64,000 nt of DNA from Candidatus Sericytochromatia bacterium. Lineage in GTDB: Bacteria > Cyanobacteriota > Sericytochromatia > S15B-MN24 > JAQBPE01. Made by a program: the position numbers and the translations under genes. Numbering within the stretch: the first letter of the stretch is position 1; each line of letters starts with the position of its first letter. The stretch lies in contig JBBAPZ010000006.1 in the NCBI GenBank assembly GCA_040400605.1, positions 97,524 to 161,523 of the forward strand. The letters run 5' to 3'. Below, piece after piece: positions 29,047-38,463 of the stretch. The notes under the pieces are model-generated. The model saw only the letters and a list, made by a program, of their open reading frames with translations. It ran no database searches and was not told the DNA's origin.

Positions 29047-30449
29047 GACAAACCACTCCAACCCAAACCCTGATACCACAACCCACTGTCGCGAATCTGC
29101 CTTGCATTCAACGCATTTCGCCCATCCAGCAACAAAAATGGCTCGGTCATCTGCAGCCTCATCCGACCCCAATCAAGTGTCTGAAACTCCGCCCATTCCG
29201 TGACCAACACCAACGCCGCGCACCCGTCCGCAAGCGCATAAGGGCAATCAGTGATTTCAACCGGCGCCATACCGTCCCACTGTGCCTCACGCACCACCGG
29301 ATCATACGCACGCACAACGGCACCCATTCGATGCAACGCCTCAGCAATGCGAATGGCCGGCGCCGCGCGCAAATCATCGGTATCAGGTTTGAAGGCCAGC
29401 CCCATCAGACCGATCCGCTGCCCCTCAAGGCAGGACAAATGCCCAAGCAATTGCCGCGCCACCCAATGCCATTGACGATCATTCACCGCAACGGCTGCCC
29501 CCACGATGTCCGATTCCAAGCCAACCTGTCGCGACATATTCAGCACCGCCTCCAAATCCTTCGGAAAACAACTCCCCCCCCAACCAATCCCGGCATCAAG
29601 AAACGCGGGCCCAATACGTCGGTCCATACCCATCACACGGGCAACAGACCTCACATCCGCCCCCACGCGTTCACATAACAAAGCAAACTCATTGATGAAA
29701 CTGATTTTGGTCGCCAAAAATGCATTGGCCGCATACTTGGCCAGCTCCGCCGACGCACGGTCCAACCACACAATCGGCACCCGATGAAAGACGCCCTCAT
29801 AAGGCACCAGTCCGTTTGCAAACGGTGCGAACAACTCGGCCATCACGACACGCGCCCGCTCACTCTCAACGCCTATTACGATCCGTTCCGCATAAAACGT
29901 ATCAGCAAGCGCACTCCCCTCTCGTAAAAACTCCGGGCAGCTCACCACATCAACCGACACCCGCCCATCATTCACCACCTGGGAATCATCACCCGCATTG
30001 GGCCGCACAGCAGCTGCCTGCGTCATACGCGCCCGAACACCTGCCTCAATCCATTGCGCCACCCTGCCACCGGTTCCAACCGGCACGGTGCTTTTAATCA
30101 CCACCACCGTCGATTCGGACGCATACCAACCCAAATCACGAGCCACAGTCTCCAATGCACCCAAATCAGGCGCACCTGTCGCATCAGCGGGCGTACCCAC
30201 CGCCACCATCGCCACCGCAGCGCCTTGTACAGCCTCTGCGATCCCATCAACAAAACGCAGACGGCCCCGAGCCAGTTCCATTTGCACCAACTCCGTCAAG
30301 CCTGGCTCAAAAAAAGGAACCCGCCCCGACTGAAGCATCACCACACGCTCGCGTTGCGTATCCGTACAAATGACATCATGCCCTGCGTGAGCCAAACACG
30401 CACCAGTCACAAGCCCCACGTAGCCACAACCCACGACACATACCCGCAT
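29043..30449 (-). CDS. UDP-glucose/GDP-mannose 6-dehydrogenase family protein
   Basis: NAD-binding N-terminus MRVCVVGCGYVGLVTG and catalytic region GWGGSCFPKD. ATG 30449 with GGAGG 6 nt upstream. Confidence 0.85.
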   Translation of the reverse strand: MRVCVVGCGYVGLVTGACLAHAGHDVICTDTQRERVVMLQSGRVPFFEPGLTELVQMELARGRLRFVDGIAEAVQGAAVAMVAVGTPADATGAPDLGALETVARDLGWYASESTVVVIKSTVPVGTGGRVAQWIEAGVRARMTQAAAVRPNAGDDSQVVNDGRVSVDVVSCPEFLREGSALADTFYAERIVIGVESERARVVMAELFAPFANGLVPYEGVFHRVPIVWLDRASAELAKYAANAFLATKISFINEFALLCERVGADVRSVARVMGMDRRIGPAFLDAGIGWGGSCFPKDLEAVLNMSRQVGLESDIVGAAVAVNDRQWHWVARQLLGHLSCLEGQRIGLMGLAFKPDTDDLRAAPAIRIAEALHRMGAVVRAYDPVVREAQWDGMAPVEITDCPYALADGCAALVLVTEWAEFQTLDWGRMRLQMTEPFLLLDGRNALNARQIRDSGLWYQGLGWSGLS

Positions 30450-30862
30450 TGCCAGCCTCCATACCGTACCAAGTCGGGCACGCGATTCGCTTCTTCTCAA
30501 GAAACGCAACGCCCCCCGCACAGCCCCCACGCTACCAAAGGCATCGGGAACAAGTGGAGGGTTGCAGGCGACAAAAGTCCTTGGTCAAGCAGACAGGCTC
30601 GTCAAGTGAGCGTGAAACCTGTGGCCAAAAGCGATAGGGAAAAACGTCGATTGGTGGTCAAATTTTAACTGTTGGTTGTATGACAGCGGTTAAGTACTTG
30701 ATGTTATAAACTGACAATAAAAGTCTTGAACAAAAGAGACGCAGCGTTGTATATACCCAAAATCACCCGTTCAATCGCGGCATCAATTTTCTGACCTACC
30801 CCCAGGCCCGACACCAACCACGTCAACAGGGCATTCAGTTATCGACAAACGACACAACTGGG

Positions 30863-31438
30863 TCAATTTGCGGCAGCCGCGCAAGCCAAGATTCGCTTGC
30901 GCACCGCGTCGATCAAGCCATGTAAAGCCTGTTTTTGCAAAAAAGCCACCACAGCAGGCGGAACCGGACCCGGCGGTACAACGTGAACCGCATACGTCAA
31001 ACGAATTCCACCCGGAACCGCCTGAAACACCCATTCACCATCGTTACGACGCAAATCGCCACGTACAGCCTGCCAAACCACCCGATCCGCCTTCAAACAT
31101 CGCCTTGTTACCAATACCATCTGCCAAGGCCCATAACCACCAATCTGCTCAATCACCTGACAATCGTCCTGCGACGCCAAAATCCTCACCGAACGCGCAC
31201 CCGGCATAAACTCCGGAAACTTGGCATGATCCCACAACACCTGACGTGCGCAGGCAAGTGGCGCCTTAAGCACAACATGGGCACAAATCGACGCCCCCTC
31301 TTTCACCGGATGTTCGTGGGTCACAACATAACCCGCATCCAAGTGCCGCAGTTCCTCAGGTGTCAAAACCTCAGCATGGGCCCACCCTGCGATGCCGACA
31401 AGCCAAACGATGACCAATCCGCACAGTAAACGCCTCAT
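30863..31438 (-). CDS. secreted SRPBCC (START/Bet v1-like, polyketide-cyclase-like) family protein
   Basis: Signal peptide MRRLLCGLVIVWLVGIAGWAHA. Size and composition fit the SRPBCC fold; family call is tentative. Confidence 0.5.
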   Translation of the reverse strand: MRRLLCGLVIVWLVGIAGWAHAEVLTPEELRHLDAGYVVTHEHPVKEGASICAHVVLKAPLACARQVLWDHAKFPEFMPGARSVRILASQDDCQVIEQIGGYGPWQMVLVTRRCLKADRVVWQAVRGDLRRNDGEWVFQAVPGGIRLTYAVHVVPPGPVPPAVVAFLQKQALHGLIDAVRKRILACAAAAN

Positions 31439-31623
31439 CAGTCACGATACCGATCCACGTGACGGGTATTCATCACGGCACTGCGAAGCCGCCTGACCCC
31501 CTTGCTGGACCCCTGTAACTTCTTGGCCCGCCGCGGTGCACGCGTAACACGAAAGCGTTGATAATCACGCACGCCCCAAGCAAAGAGCAGAATCAAGACC
31601 ACCGCTTGAATGAGCCCCTTCAT
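31438..31623 (-). CDS. small hypothetical membrane protein (61 aa)
   Basis: One TM helix (LIQAVVLILLFAWGV) then a basic tail. Its stop overlaps the SRPBCC start (ATGA). Confidence 0.3.
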   Translation of the reverse strand: MKGLIQAVVLILLFAWGVRDYQRFRVTRAPRRAKKLQGSSKGVRRLRSAVMNTRHVDRYRD

Positions 31624-31683
31624 CGCCGCCCCCTAACGAATCAGCCGCCTCCACTGAGTGATTTCAGTGTCAGCGGCCGACAA

Positions 31684-31760
31684 TGGTCGGGATGACAGGA
31701 TTCGAACCTGCGACCCCCTCGTCCCGAACGAGGTGCGCTACCAAGCTGCGCTACATCCCG
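31684..31760 (-). tRNA. tRNA-Pro (anticodon CGG)
   Basis: Reverse complement folds as a 77-nt cloverleaf: acceptor CGGGATG/CATCCCG, anticodon loop TTCGGGA, T-loop GGTTCGAATCC, CCA encoded. Confidence 0.85.
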
Positions 31761-31835
31761 ACGATGCTAACACTTTATCACGCAGACAAACCCTTGGCAA
31801 CCTCCCGGCACACCCCCTACGTGACAAACACAACG

Positions 31836-32819
31836 CTATTGCCGCGTGGGCAGCACACCCCTTACACGCACCTTTTGGATAAAAATATCAACGAATTCAG
31901 CATCAAGTTGTGTACCTTTGACGGATTCCAACACCGCAATCGCCTTTTCCATGGGCATGCCATCCCGATAGGGACGATTGGATGTCAACGCATCGAAGGT
32001 ATCGGCAATCGCCGTAATCCGAGCGTTTTTGGGAATCTCACCCCCAGGCAGGCTGTGTGGGTACCCCTGACCGTCAATGCGTTCATGATGCGACAGCACA
32101 ATCGGCAAAATCGGCTCAAGCTCACCAATCTGCTTCAGAATGTTGTATCCCACAGACGGATGAATCTTGATATGGTCATACTCTTCAGCCGTTAAACGTC
32201 CCGGCTTGTTCAAAACCTCTTCCCGCACCGCAATTTTTCCAATGTCGTGCAAAATACCGCCGTGACGCAAGACCTGCAACTCCTCTTGCGAATACCCCAA
32301 CTCCTCGGCAACCCAACAGGCGTACTCCCCAACCCGATGAGAATGCCCGTGCGTGTAAGGGTCCCGCGCCTCAAGCGTTGTCGCCAACGTGTCGATCACG
32401 GTCATCATATTGTCGCGCAGTCGCTTCGAAAGGGCCGCCTTCTCCCGCCGCAAACGCAGATTCGTGATGTTTCGCAGCACGCTATGGATAAAGGTATCGA
32501 CTTCGAAAGGCTTGAAAATGTAGTCGTTGATACCGACCTTGAGCGCGTGAACCGGCGTCTCTTCACTGGCATACCCGGTGATGATGATGCTGCAGATTTC
32601 CGGTTGAAGCTCCTTGATCAACCGAATCGTTTCCACACCATCAATGCCCGGCATGCGCACATCCGAAATCACCATATCAAATTCCTGGGTGCGCGCCATC
32701 TCAACGCCCGCGTAACCATCTTCCGCCAGATAAACCTCAAAATCCTGTTTTTTCAGGATTTTGGCCACCGTGCGGCGAATCAGTTCCTCATCGTCGACTA
32801 CAAGTATTTTCTCTCGCAT
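31836..32819 (-). CDS. response regulator with HD-GYP domain (REC + HD-GYP c-di-GMP phosphodiesterase type)
   Basis: REC N-terminus MREKILVVDDEE...DMVISDVRMPGIDG. The HD-GYP module has HGHSHRV...HDIGK...HHERIDGQGYP. ATG 32819 with GGGGAG upstream. Confidence 0.8.
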   Translation of the reverse strand: MREKILVVDDEELIRRTVAKILKKQDFEVYLAEDGYAGVEMARTQEFDMVISDVRMPGIDGVETIRLIKELQPEICSIIITGYASEETPVHALKVGINDYIFKPFEVDTFIHSVLRNITNLRLRREKAALSKRLRDNMMTVIDTLATTLEARDPYTHGHSHRVGEYACWVAEELGYSQEELQVLRHGGILHDIGKIAVREEVLNKPGRLTAEEYDHIKIHPSVGYNILKQIGELEPILPIVLSHHERIDGQGYPHSLPGGEIPKNARITAIADTFDALTSNRPYRDGMPMEKAIAVLESVKGTQLDAEFVDIFIQKVRVRGVLPTRQ

Positions 32820-32962
32820 GCGGCGTCCGTACTCCCCAAAGGTCTCAGTCATCAGACATCCGTCATATACCCAAGACTTCAAAAAAGCTACACACGCCCG
32901 GTGGCGAAACCGGGATCAACTGCTCAAATGGCCCAAAAATCATTTACCCGCGGACTTTTCGG

Positions 32963-33307
32963 TCAAAAAATGGCAGTCAATGATGCGTCCAGTCGCGCAA
33001 GACAGGCCAATTTTTGCAGGCGGGACAACTGTTTAAAAGCATATTCGGCGCGCAGGGCCACCCGTCGTGAATCAAGCATCCAATAGCCAACGAGGGTCAC
33101 AGGCAAATGGGCGCGGGTATAGTGGCCGCCCTTCCCCTTTTGATGCATCCGCAACCGTTGACGCAAATCACGCGTGTATCCCGTGTAAAGACTGCCATCC
33201 GCACATCGCAAGATGTAAACGACATCGTGCCCGCACAGAGGCAGCCGCGCAGCGTGAACCCATCGTTCGGCTGTCAGCACCGCCAGGGCAGGGTGGCTCG
33301 CCTGCAT
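32963..33307 (-). CDS. GIY-YIG nuclease superfamily protein (UPF0213/YhbQ-like)
   Basis: VYILRCADGSLYTGYTRDLRQRLRMHQKG is a GIY-YIG motif. Its start overlaps the upstream stop (TGATG). Confidence 0.6.
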   Translation of the reverse strand: MQASHPALAVLTAERWVHAARLPLCGHDVVYILRCADGSLYTGYTRDLRQRLRMHQKGKGGHYTRAHLPVTLVGYWMLDSRRVALRAEYAFKQLSRLQKLACLARLDASLTAIF

Positions 33308-35379
33308 CAAATCGACTGCATCCACGGGCGCAAGTGACCACCGGATTGCGTCAACAGCCTATCCGCAGTCACGGCATCCACGCCTTGCTGATGCATCACC
33401 ACCGCACGCTTGACCGAGCCCCCCGCTGTATCAAGGAGGCGTTGGCTGGATGAATCATCTTCACGGGTCAGTTGTGCAACAAGACGCCGTGCCCGTTGAC
33501 GCAATTTCTGATTCGAACACTGCACATCCACCATCAAATTGTCGTAAACCTTGCCCAATTGCACCATGGTCAAGGTTGTGATCATATTCAAGACCATCTT
33601 GGTTGCCGAACCCGCTTTCAGGCGCGTGGAACCTGCGACAATCTCCGGCCCGACAGGGAGAACCAAGACGTGATCGGGCACAAAGGGGGTCGCGTGTGGC
33701 TGGTTGCAGGTTAGCAGCACCGTTGCTGCTTCAGCTGCGCGTGCCGCCGCGAGGGCCCCCCAGACATACTGTGCGTGTCCGTTGGCACTGATTCCGACGA
33801 CGATGTCGTGAAGCCCAACCGTTAAAGCGTTGACATCCGCCGCGCCAGCCGACGCGTCATCCTCAGCGCCTTCGATGGCATGTCGCAGGGCGCGATCGCC
33901 CCCCGCAACAATGCCTTGCACCTGCCACTGCGGCACTGAAAAAGTCGGGTAACACTCGGATGCATCCAGCACGCCAAGGCGACCGCTCGTGCCAGCCCCA
34001 ACATAAATCAGGCGCCCCCCGTCACGCAGGCGTGCAACGGTATCGTCAATCACTGCAGCGATCGCCTCCGTGGCGGTGTCAATCGCCCGTAACACGTCGT
34101 AGTCCTGCGAATGCATCACCTGGACCGCGCTGCGGGTGTTCAGGCGATCCAGTCCGGAACTGACCGGATTGGACGCCTCCGTCAACAACTGGGCTGTCCC
34201 TGCCACAACACCTGCCAGTACCCCGCGCCCCCAATTGTTTCCAGGCACGATTTGACCCAAAACCGCTGAGTGCGAGGCACCGGTCACGTGCGGCAATTGG
34301 TTGATTTGGCCGTGAACGGCCTGGTACGCCAAAATGGCGAAAGCGAACGCTTCTTTGTGATCGGCGTTGATCCCCAACTCATCACTGACACACACCCGAC
34401 ACTCGGGCAAAACCTTGACCAGCGAATCAAGCAACGCCGGGTTCCTTGCACCACCACCGGACACCCACACGGTTCGCGGAAACTGCCCTGCAGGCAAAAA
34501 CCGACGGTATTGATCAGCCACACACGCAGCCGTGTAAGCCGTCGCAGTCGCTATCAAATCAACTCCCCAAACGCCCATTCCCTCAGCCTGATGCTTCAAT
34601 CGTTCGACGAACGCCGCGCCATAACGCTCGCGCCCCGTCGACTTGGGCAACGGCTGCCGTAAATAATCATCCGCGGCCAACCAAACAGACAGCAGTTCGT
34701 CTTGAACGCGCCCGGCCTTGGCAAGCAAACCGCCATCATCCCAGCGTTGCGCGCCACCGCTGAAATCTTCCACCAAGGCATCAATGACCATGCAACCGGG
34801 ACCCGTATCGAAAGCCAGCACCTTGGCTGGATCACCATCGGCACTCAAACAGGTCACATTGCCGATGCCGCCGAAATTCTGCATCGCCATCGATTCACCT
34901 GAGCGCCCCCAACACAGCCAATCGACATAGGGTACCAAGGGCGCACCCTGTCCTTGGCGCGCCACATCACCGACTCGAAACTCACCCACCGTGGTGATCC
35001 CGGTGCGCGCCGCGATAACGGCAGGTTCACCCAGTTGAAACGTGAATGCTTCCGGCCCGCACGGCTGGTGCCAGACCGTTTGTCCCGCCACGCCAATGAG
35101 ATCGATTTGTTCCGGACGCAACCCGCGCTCACTTAAAAATCGCAGGACCAAATCAGCCCAATGTTCACCCAACGCGACATCCAAGCCCGCGACCTCAGCG
35201 ACACTGGCGAGGCCTGTTCGATAAAGCGCTGCGATGCGCGCGCGCAAGGACTCAGGCAAAGACCAGGTTGCAGCATCCAACAATTGTGCCTGCAACCGGG
35301 TCCCCCAACCCTGAATATCCACCAAAGCCACGTCACAACCATCAAGCGACGTGCCGGACATCAAGCCAATCACCCACAT
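33307..35379 (-). CDS. bifunctional fusion: anhydro-N-acetylmuramic acid kinase (AnmK, N-terminal) + N-acetylmuramic acid-6-phosphate etherase (MurQ, C-terminal SIS domain)
   Basis: N-terminus MWVIGLMSGTSLDGCDVALVD...PKSTGRE matches AnmK. The C-terminal half, GRLIYVGAGTSGRLGVLDASECYPTF...GSTRLKAGSATKMVLNMITT...GKVYDNLMVDV, matches MurQ. It is a single uninterrupted 690-aa frame. Confidence 0.8.
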   Translation of the reverse strand: MWVIGLMSGTSLDGCDVALVDIQGWGTRLQAQLLDAATWSLPESLRARIAALYRTGLASVAEVAGLDVALGEHWADLVLRFLSERGLRPEQIDLIGVAGQTVWHQPCGPEAFTFQLGEPAVIAARTGITTVGEFRVGDVARQGQGAPLVPYVDWLCWGRSGESMAMQNFGGIGNVTCLSADGDPAKVLAFDTGPGCMVIDALVEDFSGGAQRWDDGGLLAKAGRVQDELLSVWLAADDYLRQPLPKSTGRERYGAAFVERLKHQAEGMGVWGVDLIATATAYTAACVADQYRRFLPAGQFPRTVWVSGGGARNPALLDSLVKVLPECRVCVSDELGINADHKEAFAFAILAYQAVHGQINQLPHVTGASHSAVLGQIVPGNNWGRGVLAGVVAGTAQLLTEASNPVSSGLDRLNTRSAVQVMHSQDYDVLRAIDTATEAIAAVIDDTVARLRDGGRLIYVGAGTSGRLGVLDASECYPTFSVPQWQVQGIVAGGDRALRHAIEGAEDDASAGAADVNALTVGLHDIVVGISANGHAQYVWGALAAARAAEAATVLLTCNQPHATPFVPDHVLVLPVGPEIVAGSTRLKAGSATKMVLNMITTLTMVQLGKVYDNLMVDVQCSNQKLRQRARRLVAQLTREDDSSSQRLLDTAGGSVKRAVVMHQQGVDAVTADRLLTQSGGHLRPWMQSI

Positions 35380-35487
35380 CGTGAAATCCCCCCACGGCGC
35401 ACCGGACACGTGGCCACTTCCGCCCATATCGTGTACATTGAACCATAAACGACATGACGCAAACCAGATTATGACCGTGTAAACAAG

Positions 35488-37086
35488 TTGTCGAAACGAA
35501 TTGCCCCATCTCTTCTAAGCAGCCGTGAACTCATTGGGCAACTGATGATGCCCATGTTGCCTGATACTGCGGACCTGCTGACACCTAAAATCTGGCAAGA
35601 TGTTCTCAACCGACACTCGGCGTTTGGATTCGGTGGCTACATCGTCTTTCGTGGCGACTGGCACAAGACGCCACCTTTGCTGGCCAGTTTGCAAGAACAC
35701 AGCGAGATCCCGCTTGTTTTCGGATCAGACCTTGAGCGCGGTTGCGGACAGCAATTGACGGGCGCAACCGTTTTCCCGATGCAAATGGCCTTGGGTGCCA
35801 CGCGCAACAGCGATCTCGCGTACCAACAAGGGGCCATCACGGCGCTCGAAGCGCGACGGGCGGGCCTCCACTGGATCTTTGCCCCGACATTGGATTTGGT
35901 CACGCGGCCAGACAATCCCATCATCAACGTTCGGGGCCTTGGTGAAAATCCCAGGCTGGTTGGCCGTCTTGGCAGCGCGATCATTTCGGGAATGCAAGAA
36001 CATGGTGCCATTGCCTGTGCCAAACATTTCCCGGGACATGCCGAAACGTCTGATGACTCCCATACACGTTTGCCAACCTTGCATATCTCTCGTCAACGAA
36101 TGGAATGGCATGATCTCGTGCCATTTCGCGATTGCATCCGCGCCGGGCTTCAATCGATCATGGTCGGTCATTTGGCCGTACCAGCGCTGGATGATACGGG
36201 TATGCCAGCATCATTGTCGCGGCGCATCGTGACGGACTTGTTGCGTGAACAGATGAATTTTGACGGACTCATCGTGACGGATGCGCTGGATATGGGGGCC
36301 ATCACAGCCCGCTTTGACCCGGGGCAGGCGGCCGTTCGGGCCTTGCAGGCAGGCGTGGATGTCTTGTTGATGCCCCCTGACCCGGAGGCCGTCGTCAGCG
36401 CCGTCTTGCTTGCACTCGAAGAAGGGGTGTTAAGCAGGCGCGGCCTGCTTGACTCGGTCGAACGCCTTGATCGGGCGCGTTTGCAGCTCGGACTGTACAG
36501 TTCCGACGGTGACGACGACCTGTTACCTGTGGCGCACTGGCCCGATTACACTCCGGCTGTCCAGGACATCGCCACGCACGCAATCACACTGGTTCACAGT
36601 GAGGAAGACACCGTGCCGTTGCGTGGTAGCGTGGCTGCAATCGCACTGGATGACGACAATGATCCGACAGTCACAGACACTTGGGTGCGGGCCTTGGAAA
36701 GTCGGCACGGGGTCAGTTGCGCGGTTTTGGATAGCCAAGCCACGCCAGAGGCGATCAACGACGCCCTCGAACAGGCCAGTCAGAGCGAGACGGTGGTGGT
36801 GGGCGTTTTTTCAGCCGTCCGGGCGTGGAAGAATCGTGTGACTTTGGTGAAGCATCTGGATGACGTCGGCCGGCGATTATCTGCCTTGGCCTGCAAACGA
36901 CGTGTGGTCGTCTCTTTCAGTTCTCCGTTCATGGCTCAAGACTGGGCGGGCATTGATGCCTACATCTGCGCGTATTCGCCGCATCCGCTGTGTCAATTGG
37001 CCGCACTGGACTGCTTGTGGGGATTGGCACCCTTCAAAGGTCACCTGCCGGTGACGTTGGATAACGATGCGGCCAGGTCGCTGTAA
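35488..37086 (+). CDS. nagZ: beta-N-acetylhexosaminidase (GH3, NagZ-like)
   Basis: GH3 motifs KHFPGHAETSDDSH and GLIVTDALDMGA. Divergent from the AnmK-MurQ gene. Confidence 0.85.
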   Translation: MSKRIAPSLLSSRELIGQLMMPMLPDTADLLTPKIWQDVLNRHSAFGFGGYIVFRGDWHKTPPLLASLQEHSEIPLVFGSDLERGCGQQLTGATVFPMQMALGATRNSDLAYQQGAITALEARRAGLHWIFAPTLDLVTRPDNPIINVRGLGENPRLVGRLGSAIISGMQEHGAIACAKHFPGHAETSDDSHTRLPTLHISRQRMEWHDLVPFRDCIRAGLQSIMVGHLAVPALDDTGMPASLSRRIVTDLLREQMNFDGLIVTDALDMGAITARFDPGQAAVRALQAGVDVLLMPPDPEAVVSAVLLALEEGVLSRRGLLDSVERLDRARLQLGLYSSDGDDDLLPVAHWPDYTPAVQDIATHAITLVHSEEDTVPLRGSVAAIALDDDNDPTVTDTWVRALESRHGVSCAVLDSQATPEAINDALEQASQSETVVVGVFSAVRAWKNRVTLVKHLDDVGRRLSALACKRRVVVSFSSPFMAQDWAGIDAYICAYSPHPLCQLAALDCLWGLAPFKGHLPVTLDNDAARSL

Positions 37087-37176
37087 CAACGCTTGTCACC
37101 CCTCGGCATCCCACCCTATAATCGTTTGGTGGTGCGCTTGCTGACACTCGCAGCGTCACTGGATCATTGAGGTGGC

Positions 37177-38463
37177 ATGAACGTTAGACGTAGGCAAGTG
37201 AACCGTCGGCGCGGGCCGGGTTGGCGCGAATACATCTTGGCATTGAGTTTGACGGTGACGGCGGGTCTTGGAGTCGGTATCGCGGTCGGGCAGTCGATTG
37301 ATCAAGATGTGCCGCTTTCCGATGATCCCACCGCCATTGAGAGCCCGGAACCACCGCGCACGGTGTCGTTGCTGCCACGCCTTCACGCACCGATGAACAT
37401 TTTGTTGATGGCAACCGATGTTCATTACGAATACAGGCAAGGCAAGCGCTTGATGGACCTGCGCGGCAACACCGATACGATGCTGCTCGCACGCGTTGAG
37501 CCCACTCCCATAAATGTGCGGGTGCTCTCCATTCCAAGGGATACGAGGGTACCCATTCCGGGCCACGGGACGTTCAAGATAAACGCAGCTAACCCATATG
37601 GCGGGCCGACGCTGTCTGCTCAAGTCGTTGCAAATCTGTTAAATGTCCCGGTCGATCGCTATGTTTTGATCAATACCCGTGCAGTGGTAAAGCTGGTCGA
37701 CGAGATGGGCGGGGTTGACCTCTTCGTGCCGAAAAATCTCCATTACGACGACAACACAGGGGGCTTGCACATTCATCTGCGCAAAGGCAACAATCACCTG
37801 AGCGGGCAAGCGGCGCACGATTTTTTACGCTTTCGGCATGACGAACTGGGTGATATCGGCCGTGTGCAGAGGCAGCAGATGTTTTTACAAGCCCTGGTCC
37901 AGCAATACTTTACGCCGACCAATCTGCTCAAGACACCACAGTTGCTGGCAACCGCGAAAGAGAATCTCGAAACCAACCTGTCAAACGAAGAACTGATTCG
38001 CCTTGTGACCACCATCAAAGACATCGACCGCGATAAAGTGTGGATGACGATGGTCCCAGGAGTCGCCGGCAGTCGCGACGGGGTGAGCTATTGGTTATCT
38101 GATCCCGCGGGAACCGAACGGGTCGTAAGCACCTTTTTAACCGGTCAGATGGCGCCCGAGGCACGTCTGCCGAATCGCTACCGAGTGGCCATCAGGGACG
38201 GCATCGGCAACCGTCAAGGTGTGCGTGCCCTTAAGTCACTCGTCACCCGGGCGGGATACGGTCGTGTGGATGTCGATGGTCTCGCCGCGCAGCTTGGTCT
38301 GGAAAAAACCCAAATCATCGCTCAAAATGCAGATGTGGCCGGCGCTGAAGTACTCGCAGCGACCTTGGGGGTTGGACAGGTGGTGGTGGCCGCCACCGGC
38401 AATATTTACAGTGATTTCACCGTGGTCATCGGTCGCGACTGGAAAGGGGACAGCCCCCATTGA
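37177..38463 (+). CDS. LCP (LytR-CpsA-Psr) family cell-envelope phosphotransferase
   Basis: N-terminal TM, then LCP catalytic core (NILLMATD...RGNTDTMLLARVEP...RVLSIPRDTRVPIPGHG) and a C-terminal LytR_C-like region. Confidence 0.8.
   Translation: MNVRRRQVNRRRGPGWREYILALSLTVTAGLGVGIAVGQSIDQDVPLSDDPTAIESPEPPRTVSLLPRLHAPMNILLMATDVHYEYRQGKRLMDLRGNTDTMLLARVEPTPINVRVLSIPRDTRVPIPGHGTFKINAANPYGGPTLSAQVVANLLNVPVDRYVLINTRAVVKLVDEMGGVDLFVPKNLHYDDNTGGLHIHLRKGNNHLSGQAAHDFLRFRHDELGDIGRVQRQQMFLQALVQQYFTPTNLLKTPQLLATAKENLETNLSNEELIRLVTTIKDIDRDKVWMTMVPGVAGSRDGVSYWLSDPAGTERVVSTFLTGQMAPEARLPNRYRVAIRDGIGNRQGVRALKSLVTRAGYGRVDVDGLAAQLGLEKTQIIAQNADVAGAEVLAATLGVGQVVVAATGNIYSDFTVVIGRDWKGDSPH

Noticed and set aside
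35725-36171. 148-aa minus ORF
   Set aside because: Antisense to nagZ.
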